64,000 bases of DNA, taken from contig CM000152.2 in NCBI GenBank assembly GCA_000004695.1, forward strand, positions 1,568,001 through 1,632,000, given 5' to 3'. Both the position numbers and the translations under genes were made by a program. Source of the DNA: Dictyostelium discoideum (taxonomy: Eukaryota). Under the pieces are notes generated by a model, which did not search any database, was not told the DNA's origin, and worked only from the letters and a program-made list of their open reading frames with translations. Positions 9,175 through 21,000 of this stretch are shown piece after piece (position 1 is the stretch's first letter; each line of letters begins with the position of its first letter).

Positions 9175-9940
9175 ATAATAATAATAATAAAAATAAAAAA
9201 GTTTGTTCTGCATTAACTGGAACTCAACCATGTGGAACTAATCCAAAACCAACCTATATTTGCCAAAAAGATAGTGCCACAAGTCAAACTGGTATGGGTC
9301 TTACAGCAACAACTCCAACTCAATTACAACCATCTGCAAATGATACCTTTGTTTCTTTACAATATACTGGTGTACTTTGTGGTATGAATAACATAAAAAC
9401 CATTGTCAACATTGAATGTGGAGGTAGCGATAAAATTTTTTCTGTTACCCAAGGCACTTTAAAACCTAATGCTTGTAGTGTTCAAAATACTGTAAGTTTA
9501 ATTTTTTTTTTTTTTTTTTAGATTACCATCCAAGTGCAATATTAATTCCAAATTTTTATTTTTTAGATTATCATTCAATCTAATATGTTTTGTTCATCTT
9601 CACCAAAATCTGGTCTTTCAGGTGGTGATGTTTTCTTAATTATGTAAGTCTATAAAAATAATTATAATCTAAAAATAGAAATCTAAAAATGAAAAGATCT
9701 AATATTAGATATTTATTTTCCAAAAAAAAAAAAAAAAAAAAAACTAGATTTTTTTGTGGTTTTGGTGCATACTTTATTTTTGGTATTGCAATTCAATGTT
9801 ATAGAGGAAAGAGAGGAGCTGAAGCTGTACCAAATATCGAATTCTGGAAAAGTTTTGGTGGATTAATTAAAGATGGTGTTGGTTTCATTAAATCCAAGAT
9901 TTTCCGTACAGCTGCCACTTCTGGTTATCAAGCAATCTAA
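8793..9940 (+). CDS. Cation-dependent mannose-6-phosphate-receptor-like type I membrane protein (signal peptide, Cys-containing MRH-like luminal domain, one TM helix, cytosolic tail), 5 exons
   Basis: Exons are 8793-8929, 9002-9063, 9202-9491, 9567-9643 and 9748-9940, with GTATGT/GTAAGT donors, AG acceptors and consistent phases. The N-terminus MKILATLFTILLLVNFCFS is a signal peptide. The luminal part has C..YDLSSIG..Y and ECGG. The TM segment is FFCGFGAYFIFGIAIQCY. The tail GKRGAEAVPNIEFWKSFGGLIKDGVGFIKSK parallels the human CD-MPR tail [32 protein letters not shown]. Confidence 0.6.
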
Positions 9941-10224
9941 ACATTTTAATTTTGTAAATTAATATATAGTTAATAAAAACAAAAACAAAAACAAAAACAA
10001 AACAAAAAAAAATTAAAATTAATTTGGTGTGGAAAGAATGGTGTAGTAAATGGATTATAGTTTTATTTAAAAATAAAAAAAATATGATGTAATAAATGAA
10101 TCATAATTTTACAATAAAATAAAAAATGGTGAAATAAATGAATCATAATAAAATTAATCTTTGTGTGTTTTGTTTTTTTTTTTTTTTTTAAAATATATTA
10201 AAAAATTTATTTTAATTAAACCAT

Positions 10225-10923
10225 TTAGTTGTCAGCAACTTTTTTGGTTTGGAGACCTTTGAAGCTCTTGACGATGACTAATGAAGCAACAGTGTATAAT
10301 TTTTCAGTTGCGTTTTCATCTTCGTTTCTCTTTCTTGAGAGGGTGACACGGACTCTGTGTGGAACGTTCTTGATACCTTGGCTCCATAAGAATTTGTTTA
10401 ATTTGTTATCAATACGGACATCTTTGGTACCCATGATCTTTTGAGCAAAGAGCTTGACTTGTTTGACAGCTTTTGGGGCTCTATCCTTGAAGGTACTAAA
10501 TGATTTGAAGTAAAAATGATGATGATGGTTAACAATCTATTTTATTTAAATATTTATTTTATTTGACAAGGGGACCAGATGAATTGTAAAAGTATAAAGA
10601 CTCTCTAAAAGTACGTAGTGGTGTGATGGTAGGTTGTGTTACGACACAACCCCCACTACGTAAAGAGGTGGCAGAATATCTGCTCTTGTATACCCTATTG
10701 AAACAGTAATAATATTATTACTACTGTTTACAATAGATACAAAACACCTGACTCCTTGCAAAATGTAATAATCCTTTATCCTGAATCTATATTTACTTTA
10801 ATCTATGGATTAAAGATAGATTGACTAGGAATAAGATATCAATTAACATTTTACATACGTTCCGTAGAGTCTCTTGTGGAGATTGATGGTGTATTCTCTG
10901 GTGACGGCTTCAGATGATGACAT
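10225..10923 (-). CDS. rpl31: 60S ribosomal protein L31 (eL31), 2 exons
   Basis: Exon 1 is 10923-10859 ([22 protein letters not shown], donor GTATGT) and exon 2 is 10495-10225 ([68 protein letters not shown]...VADN), 111 aa in total. It aligns almost along its whole length with eukaryotic eL31 ([13 protein letters not shown].., GT.DVRID..LNK..W..G...[14 protein letters not shown]). Confidence 0.9.
10612..10735. ncRNA. Candidate intron-hosted small structured RNA (snoRNA-like) inside the rpl31 intron; strand not resolved
   Basis: A roughly 125-nt segment with G+C far above the flanking intron. It has a long imperfect hairpin (ACGTAGTGG 10613-10621 pairs with CCACTACGT 10653-10661, and inner GGTTGTGT 10632-10639 pairs with ACACAACC 10644-10651, with an asymmetric internal loop), then AGAATA (10673-10678, an ANANNA box), a second hairpin (CAGTAATAAT..ATTATTACTACTG, 10704-10726) and ACA at 10730-10732. 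On the plus strand this matches the hairpin-H-hairpin-ACA layout. The host gene is on the minus strand, where the two hairpins also form but the ACA box is missing. Confidence 0.25.
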
Positions 10924-11518
10924 TGTGATATGGATGCTATACAGATAATCAAATTTCAAAAAAAAAAAAATTAAAAACAGTTCTTCCGCCCCCCAAAAAA
11001 AAAAAAAAAAAAAATTTTGAAAAAAAAAAAAATTTCGAAAAAAAAAAACGAAAAGCCCGAATAACGTTATATTAATAGATTTTTTATTTTTTTTTAAATT
11101 ATTTCTTCTTTTAATTTTTTTTTTTTATTTAATTATTTTTATACTATTATAATTAATAATATTATAATTATTTTAGGATATTTTCTTTAATAATGTGGTA
11201 ACTATTTTCAAATTAAAATTTAAATCTTTTTTTTTATTTCTTATAACTTAAATAATATCTATAAAAAAAAATTTCTAAAAAGGAAAAAAAAAAATAAAAA
11301 AATATATACTTTTATGATTAAACAACATTTTAAAAATTAAAGAAAAAAAAAAAAAAAACAAAAATCTCATATCTAGATTTAAAAAAAGATAAATCAATAA
11401 AGAAAGAATCAGGTTATTTTTTTTTTTTTAAAAATTGTTTTTTATTTTTTTATTTTTTTTTTTTTGTTTAGTTATTTTTTTCTTTTTTTTTTTTTCTTTT
11501 TTTTTTTCTTTCTTTTTT

Positions 11519-11549
<31 letters not shown>

Positions 11550-11625
11550 TTCTTTTTTTTTTAAATGTAATGTTTATAATTTTTTTTGGAAAGGATTTTT
11601 CTTTTTTTTTTTTTTTTTTTTAAAT

Positions 11626-13456
11626 CTAGATATGAGATTTTTGAGAGACCAATTCTGAAAAAGCAGAGTCTATACATTTTTTTAAATCTTTATAACTGAC
11701 TACCAAAAGTGATTGTTCATCTCTAGACATTAAAAGTATTTTTTCATCGACACCACAATCCAATTTATTGAGGGTTTCAACAACATGGTAAAAGTCGAGC
11801 ACAGGAGTACCATCATCGTAGACTTGATGAAAGATGTAGTCACGAAACAATTTGATTAGATACCTATCACCAGTTTCAGACCAACGTGGATCCATATCAT
11901 AGAGTGGACGTTCATTGATGAAACCCAACTTTGTAACCAATCTAAAGAGACGACCATTCTCATATTCTTTAGAGAGTTCAGTCTCGAGGTCATCAGTGTA
12001 GGTATGAAGATAATTATTCTCTTGCAAAAGTCTTCCACTAATCATCAACACCACTTCATCGATATTTGGTAGGTTTATAACTGGTTTGGTTAATAGATAT
12101 ACAATTAGATTATACAATTCTTTACTATACTGATTTGATACATATTCGATTGATTTCGAAAGATTGGTAGTAGTAGTTGATTGAGCGGATCTACATGCCA
12201 ATGTCAATATTAATCTACCAAATAACAATAGATCTTCATGTTGATACTGTGCTAAAATACGTGGAGTATCGAAATTCACCACATCAAATATACCAACACC
12301 ATTCATTCGAATCCTATTCTTTCCAGTTAATAATATCTTACTTGGATGAATTACACGACAAACTAATCCTGCTGAATGAATTGTCTTTAATGCTGATGTA
12401 ATTTGACATATAAAACTCCATAATACACTTTCACTTAATGGATTACCACTTTGACTTAGATATTTACTTTCCAATGTTTCTGATCCTGGGAAAAATTCAT
12501 ATGTAAAAAATAATGCTAAAAAAATAAAATAAAAAAATACAATTAATAAATAAAATAAAAATTTTATATTATTATTATTATTATTGTTATTATTGTTTTT
12601 TTTTTACTTACAACTATTATCACCAAATTCTTTACTAACAAAAATTTCTTTTAATGATACAATATTTGGATGTTGAATATTTCTCCAAGTTTCAGCAGCT
12701 TGTAATGCATACTCACTTGATAGTCTAAAACCTTCAACTCTTCTAATTGCATAAGGTAAACCATCCAATGTACTAATAGCTTTATATACTGAAGTTATAT
12801 ATCCAAACATTTTACCTTGGTTTTCTCTTGATGCATCATGATCTAATGGATATAGTGAATGATATTTATTTAACATTGGTGGTATATTTTTAATTCTTGG
12901 ATCTAATTTTTTTTTATTTTTTTATTATTAATAATAAAAAAAAAAAAAAACAAAAGGGTGATCAATAATTAATAAAATTAAAATATATGGAAATATTTTT
13001 TTAAATTTTCTTTTTTTTTTTTTAATTTTTTTTTTTATAATTTACATACCATTTGGGTCAAGAGTTAAATATAATAATGATTTTTGATTTAAAATATCTT
13101 GTTTTAAAGATTCAGACATAAAGAAAGAACCTATATTTCTTCTACCTGGTTTATTTCGAATTACTGATTGTGAATAGGATGGGTATGGTGTATATGATTG
13201 ATTGATTTGTGCTTGTTGTTGTGCAGCTTGAATTTGTTGTAAATGTTGTTGAAGTTGTAATTGTAAAAGTTTATTATTATTATTTTGTAATGATGGATTT
13301 TGTGCTAAAGGTTGTGATGATGGTTGTTGTTGCTGTTGTTGTTGTNNNNNNNNNNNNNNNNNNNNNNNNNNNNNNNNNNNNNNNNNNNNNNNNNNNNNNN
13401 NNNNNNNNNNNNNNNNNNNNNNNNNNNNNNNNNNNNNNNNNNNNNGATAAACCGCC

Positions 13457-13487
<31 letters not shown>

Positions 13488-14266
13488 GCTGTGATGATGA
13501 TTGTGGTGAAGGATTTGGTTGCTGGAATTGTTGTTGATATGATTGTGGTGATGCATTTCTCATTTGTGCTGCTACAAAATTATTAATCTGGAATTGATTA
13601 TTCATATTTGGATCAATACCATTATTTGGTTGTGGTTGTGGTTCCTATATTTTTTCACATATTTATGTGAGTCAGAATTTATACATATAAAAATAAGTAA
13701 ATAAGTAAATAAATATAAATAAATAAAGGTAATAATTATTATAGATTATTTCAACATACATATTGATGTTGTTCATAATCATCCACTGAGTTATCACCAT
13801 AAGGGTATAAATGCTGATCATCGTCATAATTTTGTTGCTGTTGTTGTTGTAAAAGTAATGCTTGCTGCTGTTGTTGTTGTAATAGCTGCTGTTGTTGTAA
13901 TTGTTGTAATTGCTGTTTTGGTATATATTCTGGTATTCCTGATTGAAAATGATCTGCCCAATGATGATTTGTTTGTTGATTTGTACTTAAATTTTGAAAT
14001 GATGTTGTTAAATTATCTCTATTAAAGTGTGTGTGTATGTATGTATGTATGTATGTATGTATGTATGTATGTATGTGTGTGTGTGTGAAATGATATTATT
14101 AGTAAATAAACAAAGGTATATATCTGAATAAATATCTAAAGTATATAAGATATTAAAATGATCTATACATTGGAGATTTCTTTAATGGTGATGCTATATT
14201 ACTGTTTGGACTAATTATTGGGTTATTTGATGTTGCTGTATTATTACTTCCATTGCCGTTTGAATT

Positions 14267-14364
<98 letters not shown>

Positions 14365-14473
14365 GCTGAGGTGTTAATTCGTGACTAAATTCGCATTTAT
14401 CACTATTTCGACAATAACCATGTAGTGCAATATTTTTACATTGTTTTTGATTTTTTGGTTGTTGTTGATACAC
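11626..14473 (-). CDS. pan3: PAN2-PAN3 deadenylase complex subunit PAN3 (CCCH zinc finger, polyQ linker, pseudokinase plus C-terminal knob), multi-exon; 5'-most coding exon not resolved
   Basis: Exons on the minus strand: zinc-finger exon ending at about 14473 (CKNIALHGYCRNSDKCEFSHE, a C-x8-C-x5-C-x3-H finger, preceded by a TACTAAC branch point and AG acceptor at 14474-14510, so the ATG lies further upstream); an internal exon at about 14000-13759 (..HHWADHFQSGIPEY..polyQ..DDYEQHQY, donor GTATGT); 13644-13050 (MNNQFQ...polyQ...LYLTLDPNG, containing the N-gap); 12902-12612 (DPRIKNIPPMLNKYHSLYPLDHD...EFGDNS); and 12515-11626 (SLFFTYEFFPGSETLES...DPRWSETGDRYLIKLFRDYIFHQV...SHI stop). The pseudokinase and C-terminal motifs (FGDHS..Y.Y..GAETL-like; DPRW) are characteristic of PAN3. 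Confidence 0.75.
13346..13445. other. Assembly gap (100 N) inside the polyQ-coding (CAA/CAG)n tract of PAN3
   Basis: A run of exactly 100 N flanked on both sides by (TTG)n on the plus strand. Confidence 1.
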
Positions 14474-15193
14474 TATAATCCAAATATATATATATATATA
14501 TATATGTGTTAGTAAAGAATAGAATATTAAATAAAAAAAAAAAAAAAGAATATAAAAAAATAAAAAAAAAAAATTAGAAAAAATTTAAAATTTAAAATTT
14601 AAAGACACAAATCAATATAATGTAATCATCAAATCAAAAAAAAAAAAAAAAAAAGAAAAGGGATATCTTTTTTCCTTTTTTTTTTTTTTTTTTTTTTTTT
14701 AATTTTATTAGTATTTTATTTTATTTATATAAAATTTCCTTTATATATTAATTATTAATTTATTAATTTTGTTAATAACAAAAATTAATAACCAAATGTT
14801 TCTATTATAAAACCATAAATAATAGCTTTTTTTATTAATTTTTTTATTTTTAAATTTTTAATTTCCTCTCTCTCCTCTCTCTTCTCTCTCTTCTCTCTTT
14901 TTTTTTTTTTTTATTATTTTTTTAAAATTTTTTTTTTTTTATTTTTTTAAAATTTAATTAACCCCTAAAAAAAAAAAAAAATTCAAAAAAAATCAAAAAA
15001 ATTAAAAAAAGAAAAAAATAAAATAAAATTCAAAATAAATAAAATTTTTTTTTTTTTTTTTTTTTCAAAAAATTCAAAAAAAAATAAAAAAAAAAAAAAA
15101 ACGGAACATTTTGGCAGAAAACGCGAGTCACTTTTTGGAATCTACAAATTCGGTTTTCCTTATTCATCCCTTTTTTAAAAATATTTTTAAAAA

Positions 15194-15224
<31 letters not shown>

Positions 15225-15285
15225 CAATCAAATAAATAAATATATATATTTTTAATAATAATAATAATAATAATTTTATTTTAAT

Positions 15286-15841
15286 ATGCCAATTAATAAA
15301 AATAATGAAAATAGTGGTGATAATGACAATATGATTTCAAATAATAAAAAAAAGAAATTATTATTTGAAGCAGAGAGTGTACAAGATGAATATTATGACG
15401 TAGATACAAATAGAGATGATAAATCAAGATCAAAAGTCAATTCATTTAGAGTAAGTAATTTGTCATATAATAATAAAAAAAAAAAAAAAAACCGAAACTA
15501 AAAATAATTTTTAATTTTTATTAATTTATTTATTTATTTATTTATTTATTTTAGTATCAAAGTTTTTCAGAAAAAATCTCAAAAGTTGATATCAATATTT
15601 TCAATAAAGTTGGTGATGTATTGATTGAATTGGAACACGAAAATGATTCATACTTTCATCAATCAATTATGACATGGAGAGAATTAAATCTTACTCAACA
15701 TTATAACAATTTTTTCATTCACATTCGTAAATATCATAATAGTCTTCCAGAAATTATCATTCATAAAGATAAAATTATCGATATTTTATTACAACATATT
15801 TCAATTAAAAATTCAACAGCTTTAAAACCATTATTAAGGTA

Positions 15842-15925
<84 letters not shown>

Positions 15926-17960
15926 TGTTTTTTTTATTTTTTATTTTTATTTTATTTTATTTTACTAAATTTCTTTTTATTTCTTTTTATTTTTATAATT
16001 ATTATAGTATTTTAGCATCATTATCACGTGATTTAAGATCAGAATTTTATGGATCATTTTTTAAAGTTTTAAAAGTTTTAATTACAGTTTTAAAAAATTC
16101 ATTCCAATCTGAATCAATTGAAGAAATTTATACATCAATTTGTTTTATTTTCAAATTTTTAGAAAAGCAAATTTTACCAAATTTCACCCAATTATTTGAG
16201 TAAGTTTTTATTATTATTTTTTTATAAAATATATATTTTTTTTTTTTTTGTATAAAATAGTAATTTTTTAAAAAATTTTATTTTTTTATTTTTAGAATTT
16301 ATTCAGAATTATTTTTACAAAAAAGAAAATATATTAGAAAGTTTGCAGCAGAAAGTATTGCATTCTTTTTAAGAAAGATTTCATTTGAAGAATTTGAATT
16401 AACATTGAATTATTTATTTGGACAATTATCAATTAATAATCAAAGTGAAGAGTTTATTGATGCATTTTCAATATTATTATTTCATTCAGTTAAAGGTGTT
16501 AAAGGTAAATTTCATTCACGTACTGAACATATTTTACCATTAATGTTAAGACAATTGGATTCAAAAAATATTAAAAACTGTCAATATGAATGTAAATTCC
16601 GTGTAATCGTAAGATTATTCCAATTAATTAAAAATCATGCTGTTAATGAAGGTGATAATTTAAAACCAATTTGGATAACATTAAAAAAAGAATCAAATGA
16701 AATTTTTAATTTAATTAAAATTTTTCAACAACAACAACAACAACAAAATAATATCAGCAGCGGCAATAATAAAGAATTATTAAATTTATCAAGTCAACTT
16801 GAAGCATATTTTAATATTATTAAAGATTGGATGAATGGTAGTAAAATGATTGATGTTAATGATATTTTCATTATTTTATCAAATTTCTTTGAAAATGGGT
16901 TAATTTTAAAAACAATAATTGAAAATGAATTTAATTCATCAAATTTATTAATAGTTTTAGCAAAAGCATATCCAATTTCAATTAAATATAGTGGTAGTGG
17001 TAATAGTGGTAAAAAAGAATTAATGTTAAAATATTTAGATAATTTATTTTCATTACAAAATATAAAGAATTCACATTTATTAATATTTCAATTTTGTACA
17101 AGTTTAAAGAAATCAAATTTACAAGATACAATCATTACAAATAGATTAGTTAAATATTTAGATAAGAATTCATCAACATTGGATATTAATGAAATGTTAG
17201 CATTTATAATTCGTGTTTTCACATTGGATGAAAATGATGAACCTTTACCAATTTCATTATATCCATCATATGAAATTCCAAATCTTTTAAAGAAATTAGA
17301 ATCATTATTAATTAATTTCAATAAGAATTTCAATGTTATTAGTAGTAATAGTAGTGATGATAATGATAGCAACCATGGTTGTAATTTTAATTTTGGTTCA
17401 ATTTGGTCAATTGTTTCAAGTTTAGTTTGTATTTATTCAAAATCAATTATTGAAATTTTACCAATTTTAGAAAATACAACAATTTTAATTGAATCATTAA
17501 TAAATAATAGTAATAGTACAATTTCAAAAGATTCACAAGAATATCAAAATTTAATTTATTTATTATCACAATCATTATCAAGTTATATCATTTTATTATC
17601 AAAACATTCAAAAACTACAAATAAATTAGCACAATTATCAAAGAGAATTTTTAATTTACTATCAAACTTTTCAAATAATATAAATATTTTAAAATTATCT
17701 TCAATTTATTTTGAAAAATTAAAAGATTTTGAACAAATAACACCACCAATACCAATAACAACAACAGTAGAAAAGAAATCATTAACAAAGAAATCAACAA
17801 CAACAACAACAACAACAACAAAATCAATTACACCAGTTGAACCAATTAAATTTGAAATATTTAAAAATCATTTAGAATTATTAAAATTAAATTTAACAAA
17901 TAAATCAAATTCTATTAGAAGAGAAACTATATCAACATTAAAATATTTACATTTATGTAC

Positions 17961-18059
<99 letters not shown>

Positions 18060-21000
18060 GAATGATACTACATCATCAACAATATCAACACAAGAAGAAA
18101 ATGATGAAATTCAAAGATTGTTTGATTATTGTTTTGAAATTGAAACAGCTCAATATCATTTAAGAGATGCAAGAAGTGTTGTTTCAAAGGTTGATGCAAT
18201 TGGTTCAATCTATTCAAATGGAAAGATACCATATTTTAATGATTTACTTTATCATTATATGATGGGTGGTTTTTATATTCGTTTTACTCCAATTTGGTCT
18301 GCAATTCAAAAGAATATAATATTATTTTGTAAAAAAGATATAAACAAATTTTATCCAATCCTTTATAAAACTTTACAAAATTCTGAACAAACTTTATTAA
18401 ATTTAAATAAAGATAAAATGATAATTGATAATGAAAAAGAAAATGAACATGATGAAGAAGATGTTGAATTAATTGAAGATGAAGATGAAGATGAAAATAA
18501 TGAAGTAGAAGAAGAAAAAGAAAAAGTTGAAAAAGAAATTGAAGAAGAGGAGGAAGAAGAAGAAGAAGAAGAAATAAAATTAATTGAAAATATATCATTT
18601 GAAAAATTAATTATTAAAGATAAATTAAATTTAAATTATTTATTTAATGAAATTTTAGATAGATTATATATGGAGAATTCAGAAATGATTGAAAAATCAG
18701 CTAGGAATATATTATTATTATCAACTGATCCAATTAATTATAATTCAACATTATGGAAAACAATGTCAATGTTGGGTTCATTAGTTGAGGCTCAATCAAA
18801 GGATTTAATTCAAATGTTTTTAGAATTTGTTTATTTCGATTTCAATAGATTTACAAAAGTTTTCAAAAATTCATCAAGTGGTGATTCATTCGATTTCGGT
18901 GAATCAATTATAAAAGTTGCACAAACAAGAGACCAATCAATTATAAAACCTTATTCAAAAACTCAAGCTGAACAACTCTTTCTTTACTATTTAGAATTCT
19001 TTTCACAATTTAAACGTCCAACTAAAATGTATCAACAAGATTTAATGAAACAATTATTCTATCGTTGTTTGGATATTGATGAACCAAAAATTCAATTCCA
19101 AACATTACAATGTTATTTACTTTGGGCAAATCCTTCAATTCAACCTTATAAAAAGAATTTAGAACGTTTAATTCATGATAAAACAATGAGAGAAGAAATG
19201 ACTACTTTTATCATCTCAAAAGGTTCACCAAATACTTCAATCACTGATGATCATAGAGTTGAAATCGTTGAAGTCGTCGTTAAAATCTTAATTTCAAAAT
19301 TAAATCGTAAAGTTACTCGTTCATCAATCGATGCTCAAAGAATTACAATTTTCTCTTATTTCTCTGGTTTATCATCTGATGAATTAAAACCAATTATTAA
19401 AAGACTTTTACAACCATTTAGCTTATTATTAAATTCATTAAATGAAAATGTTAATAGTGGTGGTGTTACCAGCAGTAATAAGAAGATTAAGAAATCAACT
19501 AGTTTGGTTAAAGAAGACTTTTCATTATTACCACAATTGGATAGTCAAGTTTACTTTTTAAATATTTTACAATCAGCTGTTAAACAATTGGGTTCATTAT
19601 TAGTACCATTTATGGATGATATTATAAAGATATTGTTAACAATTTCGAAGAATACTTTAACGACAACCATTGTCAATTCAAATGATAAACGTCCAAAGAT
19701 TATATCATCAATTCGTTCTTTGGCATTTAGAAGATTCTCTGAAATTTTACAACAATACCATTCTTGGGATTTCAAAGATTATATATCAGAATTATTTAAA
19801 ATTATCTCAACTATACTTCCATCATTAAATGCTTATGGTTTACCAGTTGGTTTAAGAAGATGTTTATTCGTAGTTTCTTCAAATTCAAATTTAGTAGGTT
19901 ACTTAAATCAAGATATTAAATTGTTACCAACAATCTTGTCATTTATAACCTATAAACCACATCAAGATTCTTTCTTATCAATCATTGAAAATCTTTTATT
20001 AAATGTTGATCCAAATGAAGCTGAACCAACAATAATTGAAATTTATATGAAAGTTTTATTACCACATATTGATACAATTATTAATGCTGTTAAATCAATT
20101 TTATTACGTGGTAATAATAATAAAAAACAAAAACAAGAACAAAAACAACAACAAGAACAACAAGATATTTCAAAAAGTGGTAGTAATTTTACACAACCAA
20201 AATTAAATTCATTAAATCCAAGTAAATTATCAAAAAGACATTTAGCAATTTTATCAGAAGTTAGTAAATTTGCAAAATCAGCAGAACAAGCTAGTGAATT
20301 ATTAGAATTATTAATTCCATTCCTTAGATATAATAAATTGGGTGATGATGATGATTTAGTTTTATCGATTTTAGTTATCTTTAAGAATATGTTATCAATT
20401 ATAGAGAATCCAGATCACCACATTCCAACCTTGTCAACATTATTTGGTGTATTTAAAACTCGTCTCACTCGTACGACATTGGCAGAGATATTCTTAGTGT
20501 TGGGTGAAAAAGTGAGTTATATGTCATTGATTTCTCCATACTTGGAGAAACTAAATGCATACACAAAGAAGAGTGTGCATTTGGAAACCTATGATTACGA
20601 TAAACGTTTGGAAGCTTATCAATACATTAACGATAATCTATTAGAGAAATTGGGTCATCGTGAATTGTTACCATTATTTATAAACTATGTCTACTTTATA
20701 AATGATAAAGATTACTCAATTAAAAATAGTGCAATCTCTGGTATCTCGAGATTAATTAAATCAATCTCAAAGAAATTAAATGAAAATGGTGAAGTGATTA
20801 AATCAAATGATCAACAAAACACAATTGAAATCATTAATCACTTTAAAACCATTTTCATTCAATCAATGCGTTCATCATTTAATGATAAAGATGTTAGAGA
20901 TGAATTTTTAATTCTATTCAATCAATTACTCATCGATTGGAAAGGTCATAATCAATTTTATCCAGATTTAAAACAACTCTTATTCATTGGTGATGATGAA

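Noticed and set aside
9519-9522. Upstream acceptor (tag at 9519-9521) as the constitutive exon 4 start of the CD-MPR-like gene
   Set aside because: It leads to a stop after 7 codons and loses the conserved TM and tail. It is kept only as a possible alternative isoform.
15030-15227. ORF MKKKK... (-) as the PAN3 first exon
   Set aside because: It is mostly poly-K/poly-F from homopolymers. The embedded MNKENRICRFQK segment has no donor in a phase compatible with the zinc-finger exon.
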